Shown here piece after piece: positions 18,114-27,463 of a DNA stretch of 64,000 nucleotides. The stretch lies in the sequence record LC768500.1. One strand, 5' to 3'. The stretch comes from Klebsiella phage phiKp_32. Below the pieces are notes generated by a model, which saw only the letters and a list, made by a program, of their open reading frames with translations, was not told the origin of the DNA and did no database searches. Made by a program: the position numbers and the translations under genes. The first letter of the stretch is position 1. Each line of letters opens with the position of its first letter.

Positions 18114-18521
18114 ATGAGGTTCATGATGACCGGATTTTGCGTTGCAACAATGTCGACGTTGGGCTTTATAGCCGATGACGTTAAACTCGCTATGGACAGA
18201 CATCTCACTTATTGGTTTGCATCCAGACGCGATCAAAATAAGTTAATAGGTGAAGTCGATTCCTTTGAATATCTTTTGATGACCTATCAAGGTAATCGGA
18301 GCGCTTTGGTCAGTAATGTCGAAAGCTCACTCAGGACTTACTTCCAGCAGATTTTCAGTACTGTAGAAGTTCAAGTGTCAGATTCCGATATGCCGGGTGA
18401 AACAGAAAACTTTACACTGGTCATGGCGCTTAGGGTGACACACGAAGGTGTCCCTTATGACCTTCAAAATGCCGTTATCGTATCCGGCGCTTCTTATACT
18501 CTTCTTCCGAGAGGTAACTAA
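18114..18521 (+). CDS. hypothetical protein (135 aa)
   Basis: ORF; start ambiguous among three nearby ATGs. Confidence 0.5.
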   Translation: MRFMMTGFCVATMSTLGFIADDVKLAMDRHLTYWFASRRDQNKLIGEVDSFEYLLMTYQGNRSALVSNVESSLRTYFQQIFSTVEVQVSDSDMPGETENFTLVMALRVTHEGVPYDLQNAVIVSGASYTLLPRGN

Positions 18522-18523
18522 CA

Positions 18524-19285
18524 ATGTCCGACAAAATGCCATCCGAACACTACGCGCTTAAATTCTTAGAGGGCGGTGTCCCTAAAGTTATCAATGGTAA
18601 ACGCTACCTGGAAATGAACGGCGAACTGGTGAACGTCGCCACTTCTATTTCAGAGGCGACCTTCGTCAGAGATTGGCTTCTCGGATTCTCGTTAGGTTAT
18701 GTCGGCGAGAAGTCTTATTTTGATTTTGCACGGTGGATGGAAATTAGTAACGAAGGACGTTCGGCTGTTATCGTCCATGATAACGAAGACGAAAATAAAC
18801 CTATCTTTGTTGTTCCTCCTCTGACCGATACGAAAATGACGGCTCAGGAAATGGAAGTTCTTCAGGTAGCCGCTGGCGTGATGAGCAATGCTTATGGCGC
18901 GCAATTCGGCGGATCGACCAGCAGAAGTACCGAAATACTTTTACAGGGTCTGTCCATTATCCAAAAAGGTCTGCAGTCTGGCGAATACACCATAACTGAT
19001 CTCGTCCCACCCTTCATCTATGAAAAATACTCGATCAATCCTCGAGTATTTAAAAAGATGATGCATTGTAAAAATACCTTTGGGTTGGATACCAATGATG
19101 AGAGCTGGAAAGTTCTAGAAGCTTGTTTCAGAGTTATTGACGAAGGCAAAGTGTTAAAACAACAGCAGTACGACTTCTTAATGGCGATCACGCAAAATAC
19201 AGCAATCGTCCCTGATCAATGTAAACCTGACAGTAAAAATAAACAGGAAGATCAATTTACAGAGATCAACCCATTTGAGTGTTAA
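18524..19285 (+). CDS. hypothetical protein (253 aa)
   Basis: gagagg SD upstream of ATG. Confidence 0.55.
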   Translation: MSDKMPSEHYALKFLEGGVPKVINGKRYLEMNGELVNVATSISEATFVRDWLLGFSLGYVGEKSYFDFARWMEISNEGRSAVIVHDNEDENKPIFVVPPLTDTKMTAQEMEVLQVAAGVMSNAYGAQFGGSTSRSTEILLQGLSIIQKGLQSGEYTITDLVPPFIYEKYSINPRVFKKMMHCKNTFGLDTNDESWKVLEACFRVIDEGKVLKQQQYDFLMAITQNTAIVPDQCKPDSKNKQEDQFTEINPFEC

Positions 19286-20418
19286 GCATGATTAATTCCC
19301 CCAAGAAAATTAGGATGTTGTGGTCAAGTGATCATCACACACTTCATGAAGGAACCCCCACAGTTCACATCTTAAGTAACCTGGGGGAATTCTTTTATAA
19401 GTACAACTCCCTGGCAGAAACAGACATCGTTGTTTTTGGCGGTGATTTTTTTCATAAGTTAGTCGATGCTTCTAACAGCTCGATGCGTTTATGTGAATAT
19501 TGGATTAATAAATTTTTAATCCGGTGTGCTGAAAATAACGTTGTGGTGAGGGTACTGGAAGGGACGAGTTCCCACGATTGGGAACAGCCGGAAATATTTC
19601 AGATACTGAGCCCGGATAACCTTGATTTAAAGTGGGTTAAAGAGCTAAGCATCGAACGTATTGAAAAACTGGACATGACCGTTCTTTACGTTCCGGATAA
19701 CATGGGAGGTAAGAAGCCCGAGGTTATTTGGGATGAGGTCATCGATCTTCTAACTAAGCATAACCTGGAGAAGGTAGATTTTATCTTTTTCCACGGATCG
19801 TTTAAATACCAATTAGACGAACGTTTCAGTAAACACAGTCACGATGAAAAATTGTGGTCGACGATTGTTAACTATTATATCTTTGCCGGACATATCCACA
19901 AACCCTCGGAATGTGGGCCGATCAGATGTTCAGGATCCTTCGATAGAACAGGTCATTCGGAGGAGCATCCTAAAGGCGGATATATTGTTGATTACTTCCC
20001 AGAAGATAAGAAGTGCACCGCCACCTTTTATGAGAATAAAAAGGCGCTGCCTTATATCACCCTGAGAATTACACCGGAAACAACAACAGAAGAACTAAAT
20101 GATAAGCTTGGGTTCCTAATGGATAAGCGATACCCCAAAGCCAGTCATTTTTGGATCAGAGGAGGGAATCCTCTCGTCGTTAATCCGATCATTCAGTTCT
20201 TCAAACAACAATATCCTCAGTATGACTTTAAGAAAGAAAACGTTGTTACTCATGAAGCAGTAATTGACGATGAGCTTTATACTGAAGATCTTTATTCTGG
20301 TATAACGTTAACGAAAGATAACATCATCCCTTCTCTAATGGGCTATTTGAATAAGAAGATTTTGTTAGTGGATGAAGAGTTAGATTCCCTAACAAAAACA
20401 ATGGAGGAGTTTATCTAA
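19279..20418 (+). CDS. calcineurin-like metallophosphoesterase, SbcD/Mre11-like nuclease
   Basis: Motifs SDHH (D-x-H), GGDFFH (GDxxD-like), GTSSHD (GNHD-like), FFHGS and AGHIHKP (GHxH). Confidence 0.6.
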   Translation: MLSMINSPKKIRMLWSSDHHTLHEGTPTVHILSNLGEFFYKYNSLAETDIVVFGGDFFHKLVDASNSSMRLCEYWINKFLIRCAENNVVVRVLEGTSSHDWEQPEIFQILSPDNLDLKWVKELSIERIEKLDMTVLYVPDNMGGKKPEVIWDEVIDLLTKHNLEKVDFIFFHGSFKYQLDERFSKHSHDEKLWSTIVNYYIFAGHIHKPSECGPIRCSGSFDRTGHSEEHPKGGYIVDYFPEDKKCTATFYENKKALPYITLRITPETTTEELNDKLGFLMDKRYPKASHFWIRGGNPLVVNPIIQFFKQQYPQYDFKKENVVTHEAVIDDELYTEDLYSGITLTKDNIIPSLMGYLNKKILLVDEELDSLTKTMEEFI

Positions 20419-21218
20419 TGAGGGCGTTAGGGGCGTTAAATATCTCGGTAGGGACGTCTTTAGCATTCGAAGGGGCGGCTAAAATACAGTTGCTCCAATC
20501 GGACTCCTTACTTATCAATCTACGGACGATAGCACGTAATGCCAGGGAGGCTTACGATAAAGATGATTCCGACGGAAAGGATGTCGATCTTCTTACAGCA
20601 GCGGCAAGCGATGATTTGATAGGTCTTATTAAAACCGTTCAGGGATGGATGGGGCAAAAAACGATCAATCTTATCGTTTATCTTCCTTCTTACAGATCGC
20701 TCCCTAAGATTTTTAAAAGGGCGAATCTCTGGGAACCGACAACGGATATCCAGAAAGAAAAAGATAGACTTGATACCGCCATACTGAACAATTTAAAAAA
20801 ACGGTTCGGGGCTAACATTAAAGAGACGGATGTCAACCTTCCTGAATTTATAGGGAATGGTTTGATTTTAACGCATCACCCCATCGATCTTGTTATGACA
20901 GGAAGCGGGACAAGGTTGCGTTTAATCGAATCCTATACTGGGACTTTGAAAGGACATTCTCAGTGGTACACGAAATTTTCCGGTGGGGAAAAATTGTTCA
21001 ATATTCCCCTAAACAAATTAACCATTCAGATATTCGGGGATGGTCCGGTTAATTTTAAATCGGAAAAAAGTCATAAACTTAAAGACCTAATAAAAGATAT
21101 CGCTATTAAAGGTAAATGGACTTCAGTGACCACCCTGGATGGTGTGAGATCAAGTATTAACGCTCACGCCAAAGGATTTGATCGAGATGGATTATTAATA
21201 CTTTTAAACGGCGGGTAG
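20418..21218 (+). CDS. hypothetical protein (266 aa)
   Basis: ggagga SD; start overlaps the stop of the upstream gene. Confidence 0.55.
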   Translation: MRALGALNISVGTSLAFEGAAKIQLLQSDSLLINLRTIARNAREAYDKDDSDGKDVDLLTAAASDDLIGLIKTVQGWMGQKTINLIVYLPSYRSLPKIFKRANLWEPTTDIQKEKDRLDTAILNNLKKRFGANIKETDVNLPEFIGNGLILTHHPIDLVMTGSGTRLRLIESYTGTLKGHSQWYTKFSGGEKLFNIPLNKLTIQIFGDGPVNFKSEKSHKLKDLIKDIAIKGKWTSVTTLDGVRSSINAHAKGFDRDGLLILLNGG

Positions 21219-21258
21219 CTTTATATTAGCACAAACCCAATTTCAAAGGATTTACGTC

Positions 21259-22008
21259 ATGAGTGATTTCAACAACGGTAACAACGGTAACTCCCGTCCC
21301 AAAACTCCACTGAACGATTATCGCTACCCACATCCTAAAACCAAAGAGCCTCTTCCTGGTGGTAAATACCCGGCGCAAATGTACTGGGAGCTGACTGCCG
21401 CCGGCAAGATCGTTTTCAAAGTGCAGGATGGTGTGTTCGGCGGTGGCGATAACGCGTACAAGAAAAAAGAAATTGAAATGATCGCGTTCGAACGCAATGC
21501 CATTTTCCAGCTTCTCAGAGAAGCGGCGACCGATCCTAATTTCACCAAATCCCAATACACGGTTCGTGATCGTCAATTCATTCGTGAAGGTGGTCAGTCT
21601 AAGATGTCTGACAACCCGATGACCATCGGTGTGTTCACAGTCATCCGCGATTCGAACGGTGTTGTTCAGCTCGGATTCAGCAAGTCTGATTTCAAAGCTC
21701 TGTTCGTTTTCGACAATGCCCGCGAATCCACTCTGGTCGATTTTGTCGATGGCGAATTCAAACCGGCTCACGGTCGCATGAGTCGTCTGTACGTTCTCGG
21801 GTATCTTTCGGCCGTGGAAGGTTGGCTTAACGCTGCTGAGTTCTCTCGCTATCAGCCACCTAAACCTAAAAATGGTGGTAATGGTAACGGTGGCGGCGGT
21901 GGCTGGAACAACAATAACGGCGGCAACCGTGGTAACGGCGGTGGTAACAGTTGGGGCGGCGGCGGTAATGCGCCGGTCGATGACTTCGCGGAAGACATTC
22001 CGTTCTAA
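21259..22008 (+). CDS. putative ssDNA-binding-type protein with G/N-rich linker and an SSB C-terminal-tip mimic (…DDFAEDIPF)
   Basis: The C-terminus PKPKNGGNGNGGGGGWNNNNGGNRGNGGGNSWGGGGNAPVDDFAEDIPF resembles the E. coli SSB linker and DDDIPF tip. Host-optimised codons. Confidence 0.5.
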   Translation: MSDFNNGNNGNSRPKTPLNDYRYPHPKTKEPLPGGKYPAQMYWELTAAGKIVFKVQDGVFGGGDNAYKKKEIEMIAFERNAIFQLLREAATDPNFTKSQYTVRDRQFIREGGQSKMSDNPMTIGVFTVIRDSNGVVQLGFSKSDFKALFVFDNARESTLVDFVDGEFKPAHGRMSRLYVLGYLSAVEGWLNAAEFSRYQPPKPKNGGNGNGGGGGWNNNNGGNRGNGGGNSWGGGGNAPVDDFAEDIPF

Positions 22009-22022
22009 ACACAAAGATACTC

Positions 22023-22060
22023 TCTCCTACTCCCTAGGGAGTAGGAGATTACTTTTCGTT
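22023..22060 (+). terminator. terminator hairpin (TCTCCTACTCCC family)
   Basis: tctcctactccc-ta-gggagtaggaga followed by a T-rich tail. Confidence 0.5.
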
Positions 22061-22126
22061 ATAATTTTTTAGCACTATATTATTTTACAGTAAACCCCGG
22101 CTAAAAAAATTATTGGGAGTAACAAC

Positions 22127-23713
22127 GTGGAATTTAAACTCAGTTTAAAACAGAGCGGGAAAAGTCCATTTGCTGGAGTTATTGCGCAATATGGCGAAAG
22201 TGTTATCGAGTTCAAAGGCAGTGGCAGATTAAATTGTGGTACGATTTACGATGATCTTTTCTTTTCTTTTAACGAATACGTCGGGCATTTAGAAGAAAAG
22301 AATAAAGCCCGTTTATGGGAACTGATGGTTGCGGGTAAGACCATTTTGGATCCTTCTTATTTCGACATTGATAACGTCGACGAAGAACTGATGTTGAACA
22401 ACCGGGATTATAATTTCCTCGTTAAGAAACTCAAGCCCATCGTCGCTGAAATCTTCGATGTGTTGAAAATGAAGAACTATGAGTACTTCATGGAACAGTC
22501 CGGGTATATCGATCCGCCTAAAGATCTTACCTCGATGTCTGGTCTTGGGGAGTATCCCGCTGAGACAACTATCACCGCCGAAGATTATCGTAATCTGGCA
22601 GCGTTGGTTTTAGGTTTACGCGGCCCACTGCCCATCATCACCGAGATGATTTATAAAGTCGAGAGTATCGCCGGTAAAGCATATAAGGAAGTCGTAGCTG
22701 GGGATCTGATAAACGATATCGAGTGGGTCAAGCAACACGTCGGCTGGAATCGTTTAAACGAGTATATCTCTTTTACTTATAGCGCGAAGGGAAGGGGTCC
22801 TAATGGACTGAGAATCGATATTGTCAGTGACGATCGGTTCACTACTCATGTCGTCTATAAGGCGTTGTTCGGGCGTTTATGTTTAAGTCACGTACCCAGC
22901 AAAGATCCACGAAAGAATTTGGTTAAATCGCTTTATTCCATCGTCAACCAATCCGACAAAGTCCCGAGTAGTGTAAGGGAGAAGAAAGGGGGAGGGAAAG
23001 ATGAGAGTAACGATAGAAGGAGTTCTTACGAGATCTATCAGTTACGAGAAGAAGTGAACGCAACCGATGAAGCGGCTGTGGCCGAGTTCTTTACGTTCGG
23101 TATGTTTGATGAAGATGACAATCCGATTTATAAAGATCGATTCGTACATCAGTGTAACGGTTTGAACATAGCTGATCCTAACAAAGCAGAAATTCTACAT
23201 GATCTTCTGCCGGATAACTGGGATTATGAACCGAGACAGCATATCGTTAAATTATGTCAGATGGCTTTCTCTGACGACATTCCCTTTAACATTTATTATG
23301 CGTTGGATTATCATCAATTGATGTCGGCCATTGTTTTGGCTCAGTTAAAGTTGCATCAAATGGGATATCCTCACCTCGCGGTATTGTTAACGTCGGTTGA
23401 GGATCCTGAAGGTGAGCGAATTAACGCAGACGTAATCTTCTCTTTAAACCAAACAGAACGTCAACGTATCGAATCGTTATGTGATGTAGTTAAAGGAGAC
23501 GGCGCCACATCAACTAATAACGAAGCAGTATCAGCGGCACTTGAGTTCTTTAAGGAACTCGGTAACAGTGCATGGCAGTCAACCATAGAGCTTGGTCTTA
23601 TCGATGACGATAAAGCTTTAGAAAGTGCACCACGTGGTTTTTTATACGAAGTCAATTTGGATATTCAGATTAAAGAAGAGTTCATTCGTCTTTATGAAGA
23701 AATCAACAGCTAA
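22127..23713 (+). CDS. hypothetical protein (528 aa, GTG start)
   Basis: gggag SD upstream of GTG; AT-rich ctatattattttac promoter-like motif upstream. Confidence 0.6.
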   Translation: MEFKLSLKQSGKSPFAGVIAQYGESVIEFKGSGRLNCGTIYDDLFFSFNEYVGHLEEKNKARLWELMVAGKTILDPSYFDIDNVDEELMLNNRDYNFLVKKLKPIVAEIFDVLKMKNYEYFMEQSGYIDPPKDLTSMSGLGEYPAETTITAEDYRNLAALVLGLRGPLPIITEMIYKVESIAGKAYKEVVAGDLINDIEWVKQHVGWNRLNEYISFTYSAKGRGPNGLRIDIVSDDRFTTHVVYKALFGRLCLSHVPSKDPRKNLVKSLYSIVNQSDKVPSSVREKKGGGKDESNDRRSSYEIYQLREEVNATDEAAVAEFFTFGMFDEDDNPIYKDRFVHQCNGLNIADPNKAEILHDLLPDNWDYEPRQHIVKLCQMAFSDDIPFNIYYALDYHQLMSAIVLAQLKLHQMGYPHLAVLLTSVEDPEGERINADVIFSLNQTERQRIESLCDVVKGDGATSTNNEAVSAALEFFKELGNSAWQSTIELGLIDDDKALESAPRGFLYEVNLDIQIKEEFIRLYEEINS

Positions 23714-23746
23714 CATCCCCCATTAATCTTTTTAGGAATAATCATC

Positions 23747-25219
23747 ATGTCTACTGAAGGCAAAATCTATCTGGTCCGTGCGCGTTTTGGTTTGGCGAAC
23801 ATCTATCAAAATCAGGTGAATAGAACACAGAGCATGAGTATCAACTCCCAAGATGTCGATCTGCTCAACGTTTCAAAAATTAATGGTCGGGTTAGCCAGA
23901 ACACATTGCACGAAATCGGCGTGCGGACAGGTGGAGTGTCCACTCAAGCCGACGGTTACGCGTTTATCGAAGATGGCTGGGATGCACCCCGTCGTGGTCT
24001 GGCGATGCTTGAATTCGAAATTGAATCAGCAATGAACGTCGAAGAAAAACTTCATATCCTCGGTTATTTAGCTGGCGGTAGTGCGTCTGTTGATGAAGGT
24101 GTTCCGGAAGACGTTATGTTTGTCCCGGTGCGTAATTGGGTGGTTAACAAAACCATGCAAATGTTACACACCGGCATGATGAAATCCACAAGTAATTTGA
24201 CAAGTGCGTCTCAGGTCCTTTTAAACAACCCGATGTCTTCAGGTGGCTCGTTCGCTATTCGTCCTCTGGATATTGTTGACGGCGCCTCAGGTATGGTCGC
24301 TGATGACGTCCAGGACCAATCGATGAATGGCGGGATGGAATCCCAGTATGTCGGAACCAGTAACTCCATCCTTCAGCATACTGGCGCTGCTTACTCTAAA
24401 GCCAAAAACCAATCTCCGGGGGAATATGCGAAACAATTGCTCAAGTCGAGTTTACGAGCCGGGTCCTCTATGGAGACTTCTCGTGATCCGTATGGATCCA
24501 TGGGTGATGCATGCATGGACCCTGGTCTGAGCGAGACGGCCCTGCATCGAGACCCGTTCTTTAAAACCATGCGTCATGCGTTAGGCATGGGTCAGATGCA
24601 AGGATTCCAAGGTTTCTCCGTGGGTCAGATCGCATACGTCTTTGAGAATCTTCCTGACGTTATGGACCTCAGTACGTGTGACGACAATCGTTTCCAGATA
24701 GAGGACCATCGACTGACGACGAATGAACTGGGGTCGTCTAACTATAACGAAATCATCGGCAATGAGTTGAGTAGCCTGGCGCAGTATATCCTCGTTGAAT
24801 CAGAGTTGGGTTATCTGGACATCGTAGCAACTAACAATGTCCAGAATTCCGTCGATAGCATCAATGGAATGCCGGTAGGTTTCATTGTGGGGGAATCCGG
24901 GCTATTGGTTGATGGACTGGAAGGTTCTTTGGAGGAACGTGTAGAGAAAGCAAAAGAGCTCTTCTTGAGCCATTTCTTCTTGAAGTACGCTACTCCGTAT
25001 CTGCACGACCGCACTTTGATCAGCTTCCGTATGACGATGCGTCTCTTCGGCGAAACCGTTATCGAGATCTTCACTAATGGTGATGAAAGCAACAAACGCC
25101 GTATCGCTTTCCCGACCTTCTCGACTAACCGAACCGACCTGACTCTGGCGTCTATGGAATCCGCGGTTAATACCGGGACGACTTTCTTCCGTAACCTGAA
25201 AGACTATTTTAACTTTTAA
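23747..25219 (+). CDS. hypothetical protein (490 aa)
   Basis: agga SD upstream of ATG. Confidence 0.6.
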   Translation: MSTEGKIYLVRARFGLANIYQNQVNRTQSMSINSQDVDLLNVSKINGRVSQNTLHEIGVRTGGVSTQADGYAFIEDGWDAPRRGLAMLEFEIESAMNVEEKLHILGYLAGGSASVDEGVPEDVMFVPVRNWVVNKTMQMLHTGMMKSTSNLTSASQVLLNNPMSSGGSFAIRPLDIVDGASGMVADDVQDQSMNGGMESQYVGTSNSILQHTGAAYSKAKNQSPGEYAKQLLKSSLRAGSSMETSRDPYGSMGDACMDPGLSETALHRDPFFKTMRHALGMGQMQGFQGFSVGQIAYVFENLPDVMDLSTCDDNRFQIEDHRLTTNELGSSNYNEIIGNELSSLAQYILVESELGYLDIVATNNVQNSVDSINGMPVGFIVGESGLLVDGLEGSLEERVEKAKELFLSHFFLKYATPYLHDRTLISFRMTMRLFGETVIEIFTNGDESNKRRIAFPTFSTNRTDLTLASMESAVNTGTTFFRNLKDYFNF

Positions 25220-25234
25220 TAGGAACGTTTAATA

Positions 25235-26623
25235 ATGAATAACCTGAACAAACTTTATCTGTCCATGCTGGAAGCTTGGGGTGCTAAAATGGAACCCGAT
25301 TACAGCCTGGTTATGGTTCTGGATGGAGAGAAGTACCCTATTAAGGTTGATGGAATGAATGTCTATCTTCCGGTAGACGCCGTTCTGGACGGTAACACCA
25401 TGGATAAAGTTTTCTTCCATCCGGCTTGCGAAAGTATTATCAGCCGTGAAACCGAGATCTTTAAAGTCATTCGTAAACTGACCGGGATGAAACTTCTTGA
25501 TACCTTTAAGAAGCTTCCCCTGGTTCTGTTCAATATTGCATCAAAACGTTCCAACAAAAACCTGCGCAGTGATCTGGTCGATATCATCGATCCGTTACGC
25601 GATGTCAAAGAAGCAACGCGTAAAGAAGTGATCAATCTGTTTGAACAAATGCGCGTCGATCTCGAAGAGAACGCAACTGTCGATAATCGTTTCATTCATT
25701 TCCAAACGACCCGTGGCGGCCGTAGTAAAGTAGGTGGGGAAAAGATTTGTTATAAAGCTAAACCCATTTTCCCTTTCTATTCGGAAATGTCTAAAAAGCT
25801 GAATCGCAGCGAAGGTCTTCCGGACAATCAATCCGTTGATGTTAACGGATGTCAGATTAGTGTGGGTGGGCTCCGAATCGCCGTGGGTATCTTTAAAGCG
25901 GTGTTCCCGGAAATCGATACACCGGACTTCTACGAGTTCGAATATCATCATCCGGATGCCGCTCGTCTCTGCGCGTTCTCTGGGGCGTATGTCAACGTGG
26001 CTGAATCCATCAACTCTCTGCAGAACTCGTTCCGTACTGAGTTCGATAAGGTTGGGGTGTATGGGTTGGAAGTGGGCTTCTTTGAGAAGATGGATAATAT
26101 CTCCGAATTCTACAAACAAGTTCCTGCCATGAACTATAACTCCCAGAATACGGTGGCGGATAGTTCATCAGGTAAATCACATTTGATCGACCAGGTGATC
26201 AACACTCAGTCGGTGATTAACCAGAATCAGCCGCAGCAGAACCCCCAACAACATATCGGTGGCGACAGCAACAACGGGTTCCGTTCTGTTGTAGAAGCCA
26301 GTATGCAGCCTGGTGAAGTTTATCAGGGTTGGTATTACGACCAGAACACATCGTTCTATATCCACACCACGATGTCTACTGCCGGTCAGGTAAGCTATCG
26401 GATAACTCGCGCCGGTAACTTACTCAGCCGAGAATATAACGGAGTGCCTCAGCAGCAAGGGATGTATCCGGGATACGGTCAGTATTATCAGCAGCAGTAT
26501 ATGCAACCTATCGCTTACGCTAACGTAGGTGCGCCTCAGCAACAATATGTGGTGGCGACTCCTCAGATGCAGCCGTCGGTTGTGAACACTGGTTATCAGC
26601 AGCCGTCCATTGTGACTTTCTAA
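25235..26623 (+). CDS. hypothetical protein with a C-terminal Q/Y/G/P-rich low-complexity (prion-like) domain
   Basis: The C-terminal ~135 aa are NQNQPQQNPQQ…QQQGMYPGYGQYYQQQYMQP…QQQYVVATPQMQP…GYQQPSIV. Confidence 0.6.
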   Translation: MNNLNKLYLSMLEAWGAKMEPDYSLVMVLDGEKYPIKVDGMNVYLPVDAVLDGNTMDKVFFHPACESIISRETEIFKVIRKLTGMKLLDTFKKLPLVLFNIASKRSNKNLRSDLVDIIDPLRDVKEATRKEVINLFEQMRVDLEENATVDNRFIHFQTTRGGRSKVGGEKICYKAKPIFPFYSEMSKKLNRSEGLPDNQSVDVNGCQISVGGLRIAVGIFKAVFPEIDTPDFYEFEYHHPDAARLCAFSGAYVNVAESINSLQNSFRTEFDKVGVYGLEVGFFEKMDNISEFYKQVPAMNYNSQNTVADSSSGKSHLIDQVINTQSVINQNQPQQNPQQHIGGDSNNGFRSVVEASMQPGEVYQGWYYDQNTSFYIHTTMSTAGQVSYRITRAGNLLSREYNGVPQQQGMYPGYGQYYQQQYMQPIAYANVGAPQQQYVVATPQMQPSVVNTGYQQPSIVTF

Positions 26624-26636
26624 CTTAACCTGTGTA

Positions 26637-26669
26637 GTGAATGGGGATTTCCCCATTCACTATTTTTTT
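26637..26669 (+). terminator. rho-independent terminator
   Basis: gtgaatgggg-attt-ccccattcac followed by TATTTTTTT. Confidence 0.6.
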
Positions 26670-26679
26670 GGGATAAAAT

Positions 26680-27030
26680 ATGCGATCTGTCGTTTTAACT
26701 AAAGATTATTTGCTTTACTGGGAAAAACAAAACCGCATTACGGTCAGAAATATTGTAAAACTCCTCAACGTTAAACCAGTTTACGGGGAGCTTTTATCTG
26801 ATCTTCATGCCAGAGTGGATTCAGAAAGACTCACCGTTGAATTTCGTAACGTCGTGGCGAAGTTTGAAAGATTTAAACTAACCCCCCAATTGAATATTGA
26901 AGCGGACGTTTCTTTCATGGGAAGCTTAAAAGAAAACACGCCTCCCTCCTCCGACGTGGTTTACCACGCCAGAGGATTTTTAATGGGAGACCGTTTAAAT
27001 GTTGTTGCTATTGACGTTTCGTTGAAATAA
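26680..27030 (+). CDS. hypothetical protein (116 aa)
   Basis: ORF downstream of the terminator. Confidence 0.5.
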   Translation: MRSVVLTKDYLLYWEKQNRITVRNIVKLLNVKPVYGELLSDLHARVDSERLTVEFRNVVAKFERFKLTPQLNIEADVSFMGSLKENTPPSSDVVYHARGFLMGDRLNVVAIDVSLK

Positions 27031-27064
27031 ATTAAAACTACACATTGTATCTTAAGCGACTATG

Positions 27065-27388
27065 CTAACTTAACCTCTGAGTGTTGGCTTTGGAAATTAA
27101 GTTATCGACGATTTGCTGGTCGACATAAAGAAACGTGGTCATTCCACTAACATCTTGACTCGGATCCGTGATTTTATTTAAAAAACAAGTTATCCATCTC
27201 ATTTCAATGGGTATATTGTGTGCTCTCAAAACACGACTAAAATCGTACTTGTGTGCATTAAGAAAACTTCTATCGGAGATAACCTGGGTCTTAGCCATGG
27301 AAGTTAAATAATCAATGTTGCTGCGTAATAAGACCTTGGTATCCTCGGAGAAGTAAACGTCATCAACGGTGACAAAATTACTGAACAT
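27065..27388 (-). CDS. hypothetical protein (107 aa); lone minus-strand gene inside a plus-strand block
   Basis: AAAGGAG SD upstream on the minus strand. Confidence 0.5.
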   Translation of the reverse strand: MFSNFVTVDDVYFSEDTKVLLRSNIDYLTSMAKTQVISDRSFLNAHKYDFSRVLRAHNIPIEMRWITCFLNKITDPSQDVSGMTTFLYVDQQIVDNLISKANTQRLS

Positions 27389-27463
27389 AAGCTAACTCCT
27401 TTAAGACCTATATCATCGCGATGTACCACAACTTTAGGAATAACAACGATAGAGGCACATTTC

